From assembly GCA_040954595.2 (NCBI GenBank), contig CM082591.2, forward strand, positions 10,061,309 through 10,125,308: 64,000 nucleotides of DNA, written 5' to 3'. A program made the position numbers and the translations under genes. This stretch comes from Balanoglossus misakiensis. Lineage: Eukaryota > Animalia > Hemichordata. The notes under the pieces were generated by a model, which searched no databases, was not told the origin of the DNA, and saw nothing but the letters and a program-made list of their open reading frames with translations. Positions 1 through 12,100 of this stretch are shown here, piece after piece. Position 1 is the first letter of the stretch. Every line of letters starts with the position of its first letter.

Positions 1-172
1 TCACACAGTTCTATATGTTGTGAGCCAATAATGTGAATTTTCTATTTTTTATGTATTTTTTGTCTCTTTCCACATTATTGGTAGAAAATCTTCTTTTCTG
101 GAATTGATCAGCTGACTTATTTGAAATTTAGTATGAAGCTTCATAGGTGATCTGAGTTATCATAGTTTTGTA

Positions 173-600
173 AGGTCCCATTTGCTTTACCATGGGACCT
201 TATGATATCGGTGGATGTATGTATGTATGTCAAAAATATGCAAATTAGCTAGGAAAATGTGAAATTGGTCAAAACTCAAACTCAACAACCACTGGTCACA
301 TTGATTTGAAAATCAGTATGCATGTACCTTATGTCTACCTCAAACAGTCCTGTATGTTTTGAGCTAATATTATCGATTTTTAATTTTTTATGCCAAAAAT
401 CTTTTATGCATTTTTTGTATTTTTCCACATTATTGGTAAAGAAATCATCATTTCTAAAAGTTATAGGCCTCATTCTTTAAATTTTAGTATGAAGCTTCTA
501 ATGCTTGTCTGAGTAACCAAAGTTTTGTTCAAATTGTTGAAAAATTTGCATATTTTAATTTTGAGCAATTTTGCCATTTTTGGTCATTTTTTTTTCTTTA
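173..600 (+). mobile_element. Decayed non-autonomous Helentron/DINE-1-like (HINE) copy, 5' part
   Basis: Begins AGGTCCCATT...ACCATGGGACC (5' sub-TIR hairpin), then a (GTAT)n microsatellite and the AAATATGCAAATTAGC...AAATGTGAAATTGGTCAAAACTC core, all shared with the young copy at 43368-45083. Right boundary approximate. Confidence 0.65.
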
Positions 601-1819
601 AAACTGCATGCCAGATTGATTTGGTAGGCATATTCCTAAGGGTAAACTGAGTAAGATGTTGTAAAAATGTGATATTATATATTGTGTTATTGGAGAGGGG
701 GGGGGGGGGGAGGGTTACTCAAACATTTATAACACCCAGCAACTTTTGGTACTGGCAGTGTTTGTCCTCCAATGATTTCAACATCCTGCTAGGAATACAA
801 CCTCTCCTCAACTTCATAAATATAGGGCATGACATTGCAGGTTTTTTTAGAACACTGTTTAAAATAACCCTCATCAAGCCTGTTAACTTATTTAGACAGA
901 CTATTATCCAGAATGAAACGAAACATGAATGCAATAAAAAGATCTTGTGCAATAAAAACCAAGTTGATCATAACAATTATTTGCTACGTACAACATGTAC
1001 ATCACTAATAGAAGTTATGGCTATAAGCATAAACCTGTTTGTTTTGCTATCTTCACTATTCATGTTATCTGACTATATTAATACATTTGCAAGCATACTG
1101 TTTCAGACATAGCGAATTTGATAAACATCTACAAATATATTTTTACCTGTTGAAGTTATCAAAATCCAGACACTTGACAAAAGTAGATTTTTCATCCCCT
1201 CTATAGATTGATAGTCTAACATAACAGGCAATCTGTTTCTAACAACTGCAGAAGCCTTCATAAAAAGTTGTTGGCCAGAATGAAAGCTTGGGGGGACGTA
1301 GGATTTCCTACTTTTTAGGTTATTTTTTCTATGGCCCCAAAAAGTTATGACACAAAATTGATGACCCCCCTTGGAATTTATAATCCCCCCCCCCTTATCA
1401 TACCCTGTCCATATTCTTATAAATGTCAATAAACGCCATACGGTCCTGTATGTTTTGTTTTGAGCTAATATTATGAATTTTCTATTTTTATTGTTTTGTC
1501 TTTTACTGCATTATTGGTAAAAAAAATCTTCCTTTCTGAAAGCGATAGTTTTTGTTCAAATTGCAAATTGTTGTGAAATTGGTATATTTATAATTTTGAG
1601 CAATTTGTATCCATATTCAAATAAATATGAAAAGAAATTTCTCACAGATATTATTTACTTTGATAATACTATCATTCGTGCAACAACTAATCAATCAAAC
1701 AGTCAATAATCATAAATTGGGAGTTCAAAAATATCTATGAGGGAGATTTAAAACCCTGTTAGCAACAACTATTTGCCATGTTTTCAGTATTAATGTTTTG
1801 TGTAGCTTCTGCAGTTTTT

Positions 1820-2440
1820 AGGTCCCATTTGGTATGTACCATGGGCCTTATGGAATCAGTTGCGTCTGTATTTATGTATGGATGTACTGTATTTTCGCGA
1901 GTTAAATTTTTCGCGATATCGAGAGAGGCCACTGTATCGCGAGTATTAATTTTCGCGTTCTCTTATTTCATTCACTGCATCGTTAACTTCAAAAACAATT
2001 GACGTGACTTTTTATTTTCACGTTATTTTGGCTCTCGCGTATTTGGCGAAAATTAATTGCTCGCGAAAATAAAGTGTTTTACAGTATGTCTGTCTGTTTG
2101 TATGGATGTATGTCTGTATGTCCGTCCACATCAAAAACTTGAAAACCGTTGTGCGTATCACCTTGATATTTGGTGTGCAGATGCAGGCTGGGCTGTAGAT
2201 TGGAGTTTGTTAACATGAAGTTGTCATTACCAAATATATGCAAATTAGCTGGAAAAATGTGAAATTGGTCAAAACTCGCAAAACTCAACAACTGCTGGTC
2301 AGATTGATTTGGAAATTGGTATGCAAGTACCTTATGTCTACCTCATACAGTCCTGTATGTTTTGAGCTAATTTTGATTTTCTATTTTTGATGCATTTGTT
2401 TGTATTTTTCAACATTATTGGTAAAAAATCTTCATCTGAA
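1820..2440 (+). mobile_element. Second HINE-family copy (5' end), interrupted by a MITE
   Basis: TTTTT-AGGTCCCATTTGGTATGTACCATGGG start, GTAT/GGAT microsatellite, and GTCCGTCCACATCAAAAACTTGAAAACCG identical to the copy near 43485-43512. Right boundary approximate. Confidence 0.75.
1887..2084. mobile_element. Tc1/mariner-type MITE with TA target-site duplication
   Basis: TA|CTGTA...TACAG|TA termini and internal inverted repeats ATTTTCGCGAG / CTCGCGAAAAT; inserted in the microsatellite of the HINE copy. Confidence 0.75.
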
Positions 2441-4074
2441 TCTAAAATTACCGTCGAATCATCCAGTGTGAGTTAGCACTGTAATTAGCAAAAGTTATAA
2501 ATCCACAGTTACCCAGCAAATTTGATATAATGCTTCACATAGGTATTGGTTTTGAACATCCTTCAGAAAGGGTATGAATATTTTAAAATTTTTACTGTTG
2601 CAACCCAGACTAGTTTATTTCTGAATAAACAGAGAAATGACAACCGGATAGATTATTCTTCTGTACCAAAGACATATGCAGACACAAGAAATAGTCTGAA
2701 CATTATCAGTACATTACTAAAACAGTGTAGGTACATTGTACTATAAACTGAGGAAGATTAGTGACTATTGTTTGCCAAAAATTTTCCCAAGTCAGTTCTC
2801 AAGCATATCAGAATAGTAGCTTTGAGTAGCAAAGTGTGATGATTTAAAATGTAAAAAGACAACACCAATCTCTAGCTCTGCTCTCAGCACTGCAAAAGTT
2901 ATCAGACAGGTAGATAGATGTTCAGTCATCCTATGTCTGTCAACACTTTTCTTTTCTGAAATCACTGGTGCAAGTGCTTTCAAATTTGGTGTGCAGGTTT
3001 CTTGGGGTAGTGAAGTACTGCGTGTTCAAATTGTGTTGAATTCTGCATATTTGTAGTTTGGAACAATTTTTTGCTGTTTTTGGAAGAAAAAAGCTAAGCT
3101 CGTAGATTACTTTGACTTTGCAGGTTTCTAGGTATGACACAAGTTGTTTCTTCAAAATATGGTGAAATTTGCATATTTGGGAGGAAATTTTCTCTGAAAT
3201 TTAGTATGGATCTCCCTGAGGTATGTGACATAATCTGTAATTTTGTATTTTGGAGACAGTTGCCTTTTTATACAAACAAAAAATCTTGTCAGAATATGCA
3301 TGTCTGATTGCCATGTCCACAGGGGTGATCTAATTTTATTTACATTATAACCGAATCTGTAAAGTTTTCATAATGATCTTTAAAATAGGTACGTCTAATT
3401 GATTTGATGATTGGTATGAATTGTCCCTTGGTGATCATAGTCAATGCTTTTGAAATTCTGCTGAATATTGCATTATTATTTTGTCCGAGTCTGAATAGTA
3501 GTCATCTTCTCTGAAACCCCTTGACCTAAGTCAGGTGTCAAATAGTACAATTTGCAGATTTGTTGCATTGGAGATATTGTTGCAGTTTTTGAAATTCAAG
3601 ATGGCTGCCAATGTCTGTGTTAACTCTATGGAAAAACATTTATGTAAATACTTTTCTGAAAACAAGGTGGTGAACATCACATTTTTGTTTACAAACAGTA
3701 ATAGAAATAGCTATCATTGTTTCTTAAAATCTTAACTTGTAGGATTCTTTTTCAATCTCTGGCATCTGCAGAGACAATTAAACAACTCTATAAAAAGTCT
3801 TATTGCTTAGTACTGACACGAGGTGGTAAAAAGATGTGCAGCTTTTGACTTCTTACAGGCTTACACTTTGTTAGTAATATGAGTCCCTATTGGTATTGTG
3901 CTGGGTTTTTAGGAGCTTGGGCCCCATTCCCTGGATATTTTGTACACCTTGCTCTGAAAACCTGCCACACCTATGCTTCTTGAATTTGTCACAGTTGTCC
4001 TTGCCAATGAGTGTGCACCTTGAAATTCAAATCAGTCATTTGACCTGGCAGCCATATTCAATGGAAATTTTTAA

Positions 4075-5660
4075 ATTAATGCAAATTAGCTGGGAAAATT
4101 TGAAATTGGTCAAAACTCAGAAACTCGACAACCACTGGTCAGATTGATTTGACAATTGGTATGCAAGTACCTTATGTCAACCACATACAGTCCTGTATTT
4201 TGAATAGTTTGAATGTTCTATTTTTAATCATTTTTTGCCTTTTTCTTCATTTTTGGTAAAAAATCTACTTTTCTAGAATTGATGAGACGACTTCTTTGAA
4301 ATTTAGTATGAAGCTTCATATAGGTGATATGAGTTACCATACTTTTGTTAAAATGTAGGAAATTTGCATATTCATAATTTTGGAGCAATTTCGGCCTTTT
4401 TTTATTTTTTTTTTCTAAAACCGCTTGTTACATTGCTTTGAAATTTATTAGTCATATTAGGGGTAGCCCAAGTAAAATTTGCATGTATGTTTTTCAAATC
4501 AACTTGATGAATTGAATAGTATATTTTTGGGATGATTTTTGCCATTTTTGGTCAAAACTCTTCTCAGAACCCCCCACAGTACGTGAAATATCCCATGAAG
4601 CATTCTGATTTGTACAACCAGAGATTACTCGGTCAAACCAGGCAAAGTTCACATGTGTAGAGAAAATTGTAGACCACTAATACAAATTTTGAGAGCATGC
4701 TTTAAAGGCGAATGTTATTGTCAATTACCATTTCAAATGATAAACAAAATCATGCATTATTGAAAGAGGAGATACAAATTTTATAAAATAAGCAATTGCA
4801 TAGCCAGCCGATACAAAAAAGTTTGAAGTAAAACAGGGACACTTGAAACACTTGTTTAATCAAACAAAAAGATATTGATTTTTTTCTATTGACAGAACAA
4901 TGGAAATTTACATGTTAACTTTCAACAGAGACTGGCCACCTCAGTTAGTCATTGCTTCTTTCCTCTTAAGTGTGACATTTGACGTACATGAATGAATACT
5001 TTGATTTCTATGGCTTTTAAATTTTGATTTTGAAATTTTCACTCTAATTCCTCAACATAATTTTTCTAAATAAATCTTAATACAGTTATATGTACTTCAT
5101 ATCATTCTTAGTATCTAAAACAGAAAGTAATTAAATGGACAATCTCGATGATACAAATAATGGAGAATTGTGGGTAAAATATCGTACTGTTCCCCCTCTA
5201 CCCCCACTGCTTTAAAATTTGATTTAAAGGGTTCAGGGTTTGTTCTCATGATAATTTACAGATTGATTTGACAATTGGTATGCAAGTACCTTATTTCAAC
5301 CACATACAATCCTGTATTTTTTGAACTAATAGTTTGAATGTTCTATTTTATGCATTTTTTGCCTTTTTCCTCATTTGTGGTAAAAAATCTACTTTTCTAG
5401 AATTGATGAGTCAACTTCTTTGAAATTTTAGTATGAAGCTTCATATAGGTGATATGAGTTACAAGACTTTTGTTGAAATGTTGCAAAATTTGCATATTGA
5501 TAATTTTGGAGCAATTTCAGCCTTGTTTAATTAATTTTTTTTCTCTAAAACCGCTTGTTCCATTGCTTTAAAATTTGTTAGTCATGTTAGGGGTAGCTCA
5601 AGTAAGATTTGCATGTATGTTTTTCAAATCAACTTGATGAATTGAATAGTATATTTTTGA
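4075..5660 (+). repeat. Decayed HINE internal repeats, including a ~390-bp direct duplication (about 4140-4530 and 5260-5660)
   Basis: Both blocks run from AGATTGATTTGACAATTGGTATGCAAGTACCTTAT to CAACTTGATGAATTGAATAGTATATTTTTG with high similarity. Confidence 0.65.
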
Positions 5661-5663
5661 GGG

Positions 5664-5916
5664 ATCAAATCAAATCAAATCAAAACAAACATTTATAAAG
5701 CGCCAGAATCAATAACAATGTTATTTCCAAAGGCGCTGAAAGTATAACATCAGTGTTCGTAGGCTTTGACAAATAGAAATGTCTTGAGTTTTTGTTTGAA
5801 AATGTTGAGACTAGAAGCCTGTTGAATGTCAGATGGCAGAGAATTGTTTTGAGTCTGTACTTTGGTACACACAACTGGTTCCTTGAGCTGAAGCGCAGAG
5901 CCCGACTAGGCTTATA
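5664..5916 (-). mobile_element. 3' fragment of an L2/CR1-group LINE
   Basis: Minus strand translates YKPSRALRFSSRNQLCVPKYRLKT and, after a deletion/frameshift, NSLPSDIQQASSLNIFKQKLKTFLFVKAY, the typical L2/CR1 ORF2 C-terminus. It is followed by an AGCGCC...GGCGCT stem, TTATAAAT and a (TTTGA)n tail. Confidence 0.8.
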
Positions 5917-6393
5917 TGATTTTCGATTTGATTTGGTTTCAGGGTGTTTTCTCATGATGATTTACAAAACCTATGACTGTTTACTTTGAAATTTGAGTAG
6001 GAAGTTAATTGGATGTGTTTGTTTAGATAATGGAATCAAATAAAGTTATTCATTATTCACCTTCATTCTTCACCTCATTTCATTTATTGGCTGGTTTGTC
6101 TATTGTATCAGGGCAGAGTACTTGCCATCCCACCCCACCGATACAAACTTTGAGTGGCAAAAGAAAAATTTGTCGTAACATTGAGTTAATTTGCTTTTGG
6201 GCTCACTAAAATGCAACTTTGAGCTCTGTATTTGTACAAAATTTTCATTAATTGGCTGGTTTGTCTATTGTACCAGGCCAGCATACATAAGATCAAGATG
6301 TTTTCGGGGCTGGGGGCATCATATTTTATTGCCTCTCTATGTGTGTGTCTGTCTGTCTGTACTCCTGTGTAGACATTTTCTAGTGTAATCACT

Positions 6394-6427
6394 AAATGAG
6401 ACCACAGTGACCTTGACGCTATTTTTT
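6394..6427 (+). mobile_element. HINE-family 3' terminus
   Basis: AAATGAGACCACAGTGACCTTGACGCTATTTT closely matches AAATGGGACCACAGTGTCCTTGACGCTATTTT at 45056-45087. Confidence 0.75.
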
Positions 6428-6697
6428 GCGATTTTCAATGACCCCAGGGTAACCTTTGACCAGCTTTCATATATCTTGGTATTCACAGCAGAATACAGCC
6501 TTGGCATACCCTGGTAACCATGGGAACCGTTTGGGCCCCACCAATGGTGCTGGCAGCGTTAATTTTTAAATGATTTCTTCTTATCGTTTTCTTTATCAAT
6601 GATGATGACTTGATCTAATCAGATTATAAAAATAATTTCATTCTTTTTTTACATTAGGTTCTTTGGTAACACTGCTGCTGGTGGGAGTGTAAAATTG

Positions 6698-7206
6698 GTA
6701 ACGACGCCGCCACCTAATACTGTACTGGATAGATGAATTTAATACTTGTAACGACGCCGCCACCTAATACTGTACTGGAGGGATGAACTTAATACTTGTA
6801 ACGACGCCGCCACCTAATACTGTACTGGAGGGAGGAACTTAATACTTGTAACGACGCCGCCATCTAATACTGTACTGGAGGGAGGAACTTAATACTTGTA
6901 ACGACGCCGCCACCTAATACTGTACTGGAGGGAGGAACTTAATACTTGTAACGACGCCGCCACCTAATACTGTACTGGAGGGAGGAACTTAAACTTGTAA
7001 CGACGCCGCCACCTAATACTGTACTGGAGGGAGGAACTTAAACTTGTAACGACGCCGCCACCTAATACTGTACTGGAGGGAGGAACTTAATACTTGTAAC
7101 AACGCCGCCACCTAATACTGTACTGAAGGGAGGAACTTAAACTTGTAACGACGCCGCCACCTAATACTGTACTGGAGGGATGAACTTAATACTTGTAACG
7201 ACGCCA
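6698..7206. repeat. Minisatellite, 49-50-bp unit, about 10 copies
   Basis: Unit GTAACGACGCCGCCACCTAATACTGTACTGGAGGGAGGAACTTAATACTT repeated head to tail. Confidence 0.95.
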
Positions 7207-7387
7207 GATGATGCTTCTGTGACCAGAGGGATGAACGACGCCATGATTTGTTGATCTGATCTAATTAATAATATTCATCCTTTTTTTTCAATAGGTTCAT
7301 TGGTATTATCATCGCCGGAGGGAGTCTAATCAATATCTACAACAACGCCGCACCAGATAACAATATCAAAACCAGAGGGATGCAGTC

Positions 7388-7950
7388 AATAGGTTAGGCT
7401 AATAAAAATGGTTTAATCTGAGGGAATGGTAATAGGTTGGTGTATGAATATGTTAGGGTAATAAAAAATGGTATAATCTAACAGAATGGTGAAGGGTTGG
7501 TGTATGAATAGGTTAGGCTAATAAAAATGGTATAATCTAATGGAATGGTGAAGGGTTGGTGTATGATGACTAATAAAACAGTGTGCCCAAGGGTACTATA
7601 ACAAAACTGTCTGCAAGGGTATAATATTATGGTTTCAAGGGTATGATAAGTAATAAAAATACTATAAAATCATGAGTAATGCCACGTGGTAAATAAAAAC
7701 TGTACATGTACAGAGGGTAAATACCGGTATAATATATAAGGGTGTAAACATCAATGGTGTAATAATAAAAAATGGGTAACACAAGGTTTTGGTGGTATAA
7801 TAATAATAAAATGGTATTAACTTGATGGTATAAACATTATGGGATGTGTATAAATGGTGTTAATATTACAAAGGTATGATGATTAGTTGGGGTGTAATAA
7901 TAAGAAACTTAAAATCATTGGGTAATTTATTAGGGTCAGGTTGGGTATAA
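7388..7950. repeat. Degenerate ~59-bp tandem repeat grading into C-poor low-complexity sequence
   Basis: GGTTAGGCTAATAAAAATGGTATAATCT...GGAATGGTGAAGGGTTGGTGTATGA occurs about 3 times, followed by recurring GGTATAAT/TAATAAAA motifs. Confidence 0.75.
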
Positions 7951-7986
7951 TAATTGTTGCTATGCATTCGTGTAATAATTGTCTGC

Positions 7987-8185
7987 GGATTTTTTGCAGC
8001 ATTACCCGCGTTCGCGTTCTTCATTGCAGGTCGCTCGTCGTGTAATGGAATTTCGCCGTGTGCCCGTTTGATTCGCCGATGGATTTTTTACAACGTTACC
8101 CGCGTTCGCGTTCTTCATCGCAGTTCGCTCGTCGTGTAATGGAATTTCGTTGTGTGCCCGGTTGATTCGCCGATGGATTTTTTGC
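7987..8185. repeat. CpG-rich ~75-bp tandem repeat, about 2.5 copies
   Basis: TTACCCGCGTTCGCGTTCTTCAT...GCTCGTCGTGTAATGGAATTTCG...GTGTGCCCG.TTGATTCGCCGATGGATTTTTT repeated. Confidence 0.85.
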
Positions 8186-8609
8186 TTTCGTCATCGTAAT
8201 TCCCGCATCAACACGAATCCTCAATCTCACGCAACAACAATACATCAAAATGTACACAGAAAAATAGGAGTCGGCAAGACAATTCTGGTTAGTTTGAGCC
8301 CCAACCTTTTAAAATTCACAACGGGGTAGGGGGCAGTTTTTCCTCATTTTATATTTGGCTCGAGGTTTTTAACTGTCCCCAGGCGCGTAAAGTTAGTTAG
8401 TTTATCACACATAATGTAATTATCTTGCTTGATTTAAAAAACACTAAAATTGTATGGGGGAGCTTCTTGCGATTTGCACTTAAGAAACTGATGGTTTTTA
8501 CCCATAGATAATATTTAGTATTAAGCACATAATTGCCTGGAAATAAAAATTAACTCAAGGGTAGAATGCAACAGTTAATTTTGTGCAATATCAACAGGAG
8601 CTATTTTGG

Positions 8610-8876
8610 CACATTTTTTCAGTTTGATAAACACTGTTTTTGCTCATTGTTTCATTTCGACCACATTATTTCAGTTTGATAAACACTGTTTTTGCTCATT
8701 GTTTCATTTCGACCACTTTTGTCACCTTGTTTCAAATTGAATGCTGTTTGACCACTATACTTGGGGTAATTGTTCCAAATTGGTATGCAAGATATTTTAC
8801 ATCAGCAGTTAGCCATCTAGCCACACTTTAGCTGCACAGCATATGAAAAATAATGAAATTCATGCAAAAAGCAAAA
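8610..8876 (+). ncRNA. Candidate MALAT1-like ENE/triple-helix 3'-end element (two U-rich hairpins plus A-rich tract)
   Basis: 52-bp duplicated unit TTTTTT-CAGT(TTGATAAAC)ACTG-TTTTTGCT (8614-8644; second copy 8666-8696), followed downstream by AAAAAGCAAAA at 8866-8876, the same tract that ends MALAT1. Folding done by eye only. Confidence 0.4.
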
Positions 8877-8933
8877 AAGTATTATGGGTATAATGCCATT
8901 GCAGCATTGGCGGTTCGACTCCGTCGATACTTA
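8877..8933 (+). ncRNA. mascRNA/menRNA-like tRNA-like structure (not a canonical tRNA)
   Basis: Acceptor AAGTATT/GATACTT (7 bp), mini D region ATGGGTAT, stem AATGC/GCATT with 7-nt loop, no variable loop, T-arm GGCGG-TTCGACT-CCGTC. Starts on the base right after AAAAAGCAAAA. Confidence 0.55.
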
Positions 8934-9115
8934 CTTTGAAGCATAAGTCTTCATTATTTTTCATATGTAATAAATAAAACTATTCCAAATTCATATCTTT
9001 GTTTTCAGTTAGTGCTTTTGCTTCAGTTAGGGGGCCCACACTTACCAAACCTGTCTTGCCATCTTTTCACATTTCTTCAACAGTAGGCAGTATTTGATCA
9101 AATTGACCCACAAAT

Positions 9116-12100
9116 CACTCAAAATTAATAGGCAGGATACTGTCCACTCTGGCCTGGTTACTGTCTGGCCAGGTTAATGTTGACGCAAAGGTTGACCACA
9201 CCAAACACTCAAAATTAACGGGCACGACACTGGCCACTCTGGCCTGGTTAATTAATGTTGACGCAAAGGTTGACCCCACCAAACACTCAAAATTAATGGG
9301 CACGACACTGGCCACTCTGGCCTGGTTAATCAATGCTGACGCAAAGGTTGACCCCACCAAACACTCAAAATTAATGGGCACGACACTGGCCACAAGCTCT
9401 GGCCTGGTTAATCAATGCTGACGCAAAGGTTGACCCCACCAAACACTCAAAATTAATTGGCACGACACTGGCCACTAGCTCTGGCCTGGTTAATCAATGC
9501 TGACGCAAAGGTTGACCCCACCAAACACTCAAAATTAATGGGCACGACACTGGCCACAAGCTCTGGCCTGGTTAATCAATGCTGACGCAAAGGTTGACCC
9601 CACCAAACACTCAAAATTAATGGGCACGACACTGGCCACTAGCTCTGGCCTGGTTAATCAATGCTGACGCAAAGGTTGACCCCACCAAACACTCAAAAGT
9701 AATGGGCACGACACTGGCCACTAGCTCTGGCCTGGTTAATCAATGCTGACGCAAAGGTTGACCCCACCAAACACTCAAAATTAATGGGCACGACACTGGC
9801 CACTAGCTCTGGCCTGGTAAATCAATGCTGACGCAAAGGTTGACCCCACCAAACACTCAAAATTAATGGGCACGACACTGGCCACTAGCTCTGCATGGCC
9901 TGGTTAATCAATGCTGACGCAAAGGTTGACCCCACCAAACACTCAAAATTAATGGGCACGACACTGGCCACTAGCTCTGCATGGCCTGGTTAATCAATGT
10001 TGACGCAAAGGTTGACCCCACCAAACACTCAAAATTAATGGGCACGACACTGGCCACTAGTTCTGCATGGCCTGGTTAATCAATGTTGACGCAAAGGTTG
10101 ACCCCACCAAACACTCAAAATTAATGGGCACGACACTGGCCACTAGCTCTGCATGGCCTGGTTAATCAATGTTGACGCAAAGGTTGACCCCACCAAATAC
10201 TCAAAATTAATGGGCACGACACTGGCCACTAGCTCTGCATGGCCTGGTTAATCAATGTTGACGCAAAGGTTGACCCCACCAAACACTCAAAATTAATGGG
10301 CACGACACTGGCCACTAGCTCTGCATGGCCTGGTTAATCAATGTTGACGCAAAGGTTGACCCCACCAAACACTCAAAATTGATGGGCACGACACTGGCCA
10401 CTAGCTCTGGCCTAGGTTATCAATGTTGACGCAAAGGTTGACCCCACCAAACACTCAAAATTGATGGGCACGACACTGGCCACTAGCTCTGCATGGCCTG
10501 GCTAATCAAGGTTGACGCAAAGGTTGACCCTACCAAACAGTCAAAATTAATGGGCACGACACTGGCCACTAGCTCTGGCCCGGTTAAGCAATGCTGACGC
10601 AAAGGTTGACCCCACCAAACACTCAAAATTAATGGGCACGACACTGGCCACTAGCTCTGGCCTGGTTAATCAATGCTGACGCAAAGGTTGACCCCACCAA
10701 ACACTCAAAATTAATGGGCATGACACTGGCCTCTAGCTCTGCCCTGGTTAATCAATGCTGACGCAAAGGTTGACCCCACCAAACACTCAAAATTAATGGG
10801 CACGACACTGGCCACTAGCTCTGGCCTTGTTAATCAATGCTGACGCAAAGGTTGACCCCACCAAACACTCAAAATTAATGGGCACGACACTGGCCACTAG
10901 CTCTGCATGGCCTGGTTAATCAATGCTGACGCGAAGGTTGACCCCACCAAACACTCAAAATTAATGGGCACAACACTGGCCACTAGCTCTGCATGGCCTG
11001 GTTAATCAATGTTGACGCAAAGGTTGACCCCAGCAAACACTCAAAATTGATGGGCACGACACTGGCCACTAGCTCTGCATGGCCTGGTTAATCAATGTTG
11101 ACGCAAAGGTTGACCCCACCAAACACTCAAAATTGATGGGCACGACACTGGCCACTAGCTCTGGCCTAGCTAATCAATGTTGACGCAAAGGTTGACCCCA
11201 CCAAACACTCAAAATTGATGGGCACGACACTGGCCACTAGCTCTGCATGGCCTGGTTAATCAATGCTGACGCAAAGGTTGACCCCACCAAACACTCAAAA
11301 TTAATGGGCATGACACTGGCCACTAGCTCTGGCCTGGTTAATCAATGCTGACGCAAAGGTTGACCCCACCAAACACTCAAAAGTAATGGGCACAACACTG
11401 GCCACTAGCTCTGCATGGCCTGGTTAATCAATGCTGACGCAAAGGTTGACCCCACCAAACACTCAAAATTAATGGGCACGACACTGGCCACTAGCTCTGG
11501 CCTGGTAAATCAATGCTGACGCAAAGGTTGACCCCACCAAACACTCAAAATTAATGGGCACGACACTGGCCACTAGCTCTGCATGGCCTGGTAAATCAAT
11601 GCTGACGCAAAGGTTGACCCCACCAAACACTCAAAATTAATGGGCACGACACTGGCCACTAGCTCTGCATGGCCTGGTTAATCAATGTTGACGCAAAGGT
11701 TGACCCCACCAAACACTCAAAATTAATGGGCACGACACTGGCCACTAGTTCTGCATGGCCTGGTTAATCAATGTTGACGCAAAGGTTGACCCCACCAAAC
11801 ACTCAAAATTAATGGGCACGACACTGGCCACTAGCTCTGCATGGCCTGGTTAATCAATGTTGACGCAAAGGTTGACCCCACCAAATACTCAAAATTAATG
11901 GGCACGACACTGGCCACTAGCTCTGCATGGCCTGGTTAATCAATGTTGACGCAAAGGTTGACCCCACCAAACACTCAAAATTGATGGGCACGACACTGGC
12001 CACTAGCTCTGGCCTAGGTAATCAATGTTGACGCAAAGGTTGACCCCACCAAACACTCAAAATTGATGGGCACGACACTGGCCACTAGCTCTGCATGGCC

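Noticed and set aside
669-1429. ORFs of 147, 77 and 108 aa near the window start
   Set aside because: Low-complexity G/C runs, no recognisable domains, embedded in TE debris; at most unidentifiable decayed coding fragments.
8877-8933. Canonical tRNA gene
   Set aside because: Too short, no full D-arm, no U33 in the middle loop and no variable loop; retained only as a tRNA-like structure.
9115-9393. 92-aa ORF with a 26-aa repeat
   Set aside because: Translation of the 78-bp satellite monomers; the frame is lost in the 82/86-bp monomers.
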